Below, one piece after another: positions 5,164 through 6,074 of a stretch of DNA of 6,074 nt. The DNA comes from Thermoproteota archaeon (lineage in GTDB: Archaea > Korarchaeota > JAOZGF01 > JAOZFZ01). Each line of letters opens with the position of its first letter. Position 1 is the stretch's first letter. The translations under genes were made by a program, and so were the position numbers. The stretch is taken from NCBI GenBank assembly GCA_027491455.1, contig JAOZFL010000100.1, forward strand, positions 14,888-20,961, given 5' to 3'. The notes under the pieces were generated by a model, which was not told the origin of the DNA, made no database searches, and saw nothing but the letters and a program-made list of their open reading frames with translations.

Positions 5164-5238
5164 GCTCCGGTGGTGTAGCCCGGCCAAGCATAGCGGCCTT
5201 TCGAGCCGCTGACGCGGGTTCAAATCCCGCCCGGAGCA
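5164..5238 (+). tRNA. tRNA-Glu (anticodon UUC), CCA not encoded
   Basis: Folded by hand. Acceptor stem GCTCCGG (5164-5170) pairs with CCGGAGC (5231-5237), with discriminator A at 5238. D stem is GTGT/GCAT. Anticodon stem GCGGC (5193-5197) pairs with GCCGC (5205-5209). The anticodon loop CTTTCGA places TTC at 5200-5202. T arm is GCGGG-TTCAAAT-CCCGC (5214-5230). The next bases are atc, so no CCA is encoded. The sequence closely resembles archaeal tRNA-Glu. Confidence 0.93.
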
Positions 5239-6074
5239 TCTTTGCTTTCTCTCATTAGAAAGTTTTTTAACTGCTCAATAGTGAAAAGAAGGGGTTCCTC
5301 GCTTTTTGAGTCTAATGCAACTTGCCTTTTAATCGCCTTATACTTGTATATTTCTTCGTCTTTGTCTGTTAGGAGCAGAAGCAGAGTTTTCCCATTTCTC
5401 CTTTTAGTTCCATTAAGTATGTTTTTAATTGTTTCTTTTACTTCTTTTATGGTTTTTCCATCCTCTAAAAGGTAGATTCTGATTCCTCCGCCGATTTCAA
5501 TGCACTCTTCCTGAACCTCTGAGATCGGTATGGCTCTTCTAAAGCATAGGTCCACTATTTTATCGCTAACAATTTTCTTCTTTAATTTCTCTTTATTTAA
5601 AATCGTGAAAAATGTTTTTTGTCCTTCAAAAGTTTTAACGCTGTATTTTCTAATCCTTTCCCCTTTTAAAAGTTTCTTTAAGGTTATCTTTAATGTATCC
5701 TTAGGTAAATTCGTTAGTTCCTTTAACTCTTTAAATGAAAGATACATATACCTCTTTATTAGATCCAGTAACTTGTCTTCAAGTGACAGATTCGGCTTTA
5801 ATTTTACATTTTTCTGAAATAAATTGATGTATGCCTTTAACTGTTCATCGGTTACATGTTCAAAGAATTTTTGGTTTCTAAACCTTACAGGGAAAGCGGA
5901 TAAGTAACTGGGTGAAAAGAAAATAGCTTCAAACTGGTTTAATCTACTCAGTTCTTGTTTCTGTCTTTTTGTCAATCCAAGATTGCTTGCCAGTATGTCT
6001 TTATCTTTTTGATCCACAGTCCTAAAGCATATCTTAGTAGACGAATTCCTGGCCACGTATCTTCCTACATTGCT
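5220..6074 (-). CDS. C-terminal part of a larger protein: HerA/FtsK/VirB4-like (DUF87-type) ATPase C-terminal region, then a winged helix-turn-helix, then an unassigned ~130-aa domain; 5' end off the window
   Basis: The track ORF starts at GTG 6056. Hand translation shows the frame stays open to position 6074 (SNVGRYV ARNSSTKICFRT...), so the gene most likely continues rightward. NSSTKICFRTVDQKDKDILASNLGLTKRQKQELSRLNQFEAIFF matches the pattern N-x-x-T-K-I-x-F-R-L...D...L...LGL...L..L..GEAI seen near the C-terminus of HerA/VirB4-like ATPases. LLDLIKRYMYLSFKELKELTNLPKDTLKITLKKLLKGERIRKY looks like a wHTH. Stop TGA 5222..5220 lies inside the tRNA-Glu gene on the other strand. Confidence 0.7.
   Translation of the reverse strand, partial: SNVGRYVARNSSTKICFRTVDQKDKDILASNLGLTKRQKQELSRLNQFEAIFFSPSYLSAFPVRFRNQKFFEHVTDEQLKAYINLFQKNVKLKPNLSLEDKLLDLIKRYMYLSFKELKELTNLPKDTLKITLKKLLKGERIRKYSVKTFEGQKTFFTILNKEKLKKKIVSDKIVDLCFRRAIPISEVQEECIEIGGGIRIYLLEDGKTIKEVKETIKNILNGTKRRNGKTLLLLLTDKDEEIYKYKAIKRQVALDSKSEEPLLFTIEQLKNFLMRESKDAPGGI

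Noticed and set aside
5220-5238. SSV-type split integrase (Int(N)/Int(C)) overlapping the tRNA att site
   Set aside because: The overlapping ORF shows ATPase C-terminal and wHTH features. I see no tyrosine-recombinase motifs (no R..HxxR..Y pattern), and the overlap is only 19 nt. The integration-junction idea is kept as a finding, but not the integrase call.
5242-5817. Plus-strand ORFs 5242..5475 and 5530..5817
   Set aside because: Both are antisense shadows of the long minus-strand ATPase-wHTH CDS, with low-complexity F/S/L-rich sequence.
1-6074. CRISPR arrays, rRNA genes, IS elements or transposases
   Set aside because: I found no regularly spaced 25-40 nt repeats, no rRNA-like conserved segments, and no transposase- or integrase-like ORFs on either strand.

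Overview
AT-rich window that looks archaeal and probably thermophilic. Evidence: an archaeal-type NMN adenylyltransferase, a Rad50 with a CxxC zinc hook, TATA-box and GGTGAT-type translation signals, a tRNA with GC-rich stems and no encoded CCA, and K/E/I-rich proteins. Left to right: (1) the first ~546 codons of a rad50-like gene on the minus strand, found by hand translation. It is missing from the ORF track because it runs off the left edge. A 58-69 aa ORF sits 1 nt upstream of its ATG. (2) Divergent nadM-type NMN adenylyltransferase. (3) A convergent DUF62-type SAM hydrolase gene overlapping it by 14 nt. (4) Four small poorly assignable genes: a minimal alpha-crystallin-domain protein ATGA-coupled to a zinc-ribbon protein, a 93-aa protein whose C-terminus resembles the archaeal ribosomal P-stalk tail, and a 3-TM membrane protein. 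(5) tRNA-Glu(UUC). (6) The 3' part of a gene open to the right edge, encoding a HerA/FtsK/VirB4-like ATPase C-terminal region, a winged helix and an extra domain. Its last 19 nt are antisense to the tRNA 3' end. The least explained structure is non-coding. The intergenic regions at 4291-4429 and 4911-5111 are collinear, diverged copies of one module. Each ends in a tandem 9-mer pair followed by ATGTGATTAAC, and each lies upstream of a plus-strand gene. No CRISPR array, rRNA or recognisable transposase/integrase is present. All functional calls rest on motif recognition by eye, with no database search.
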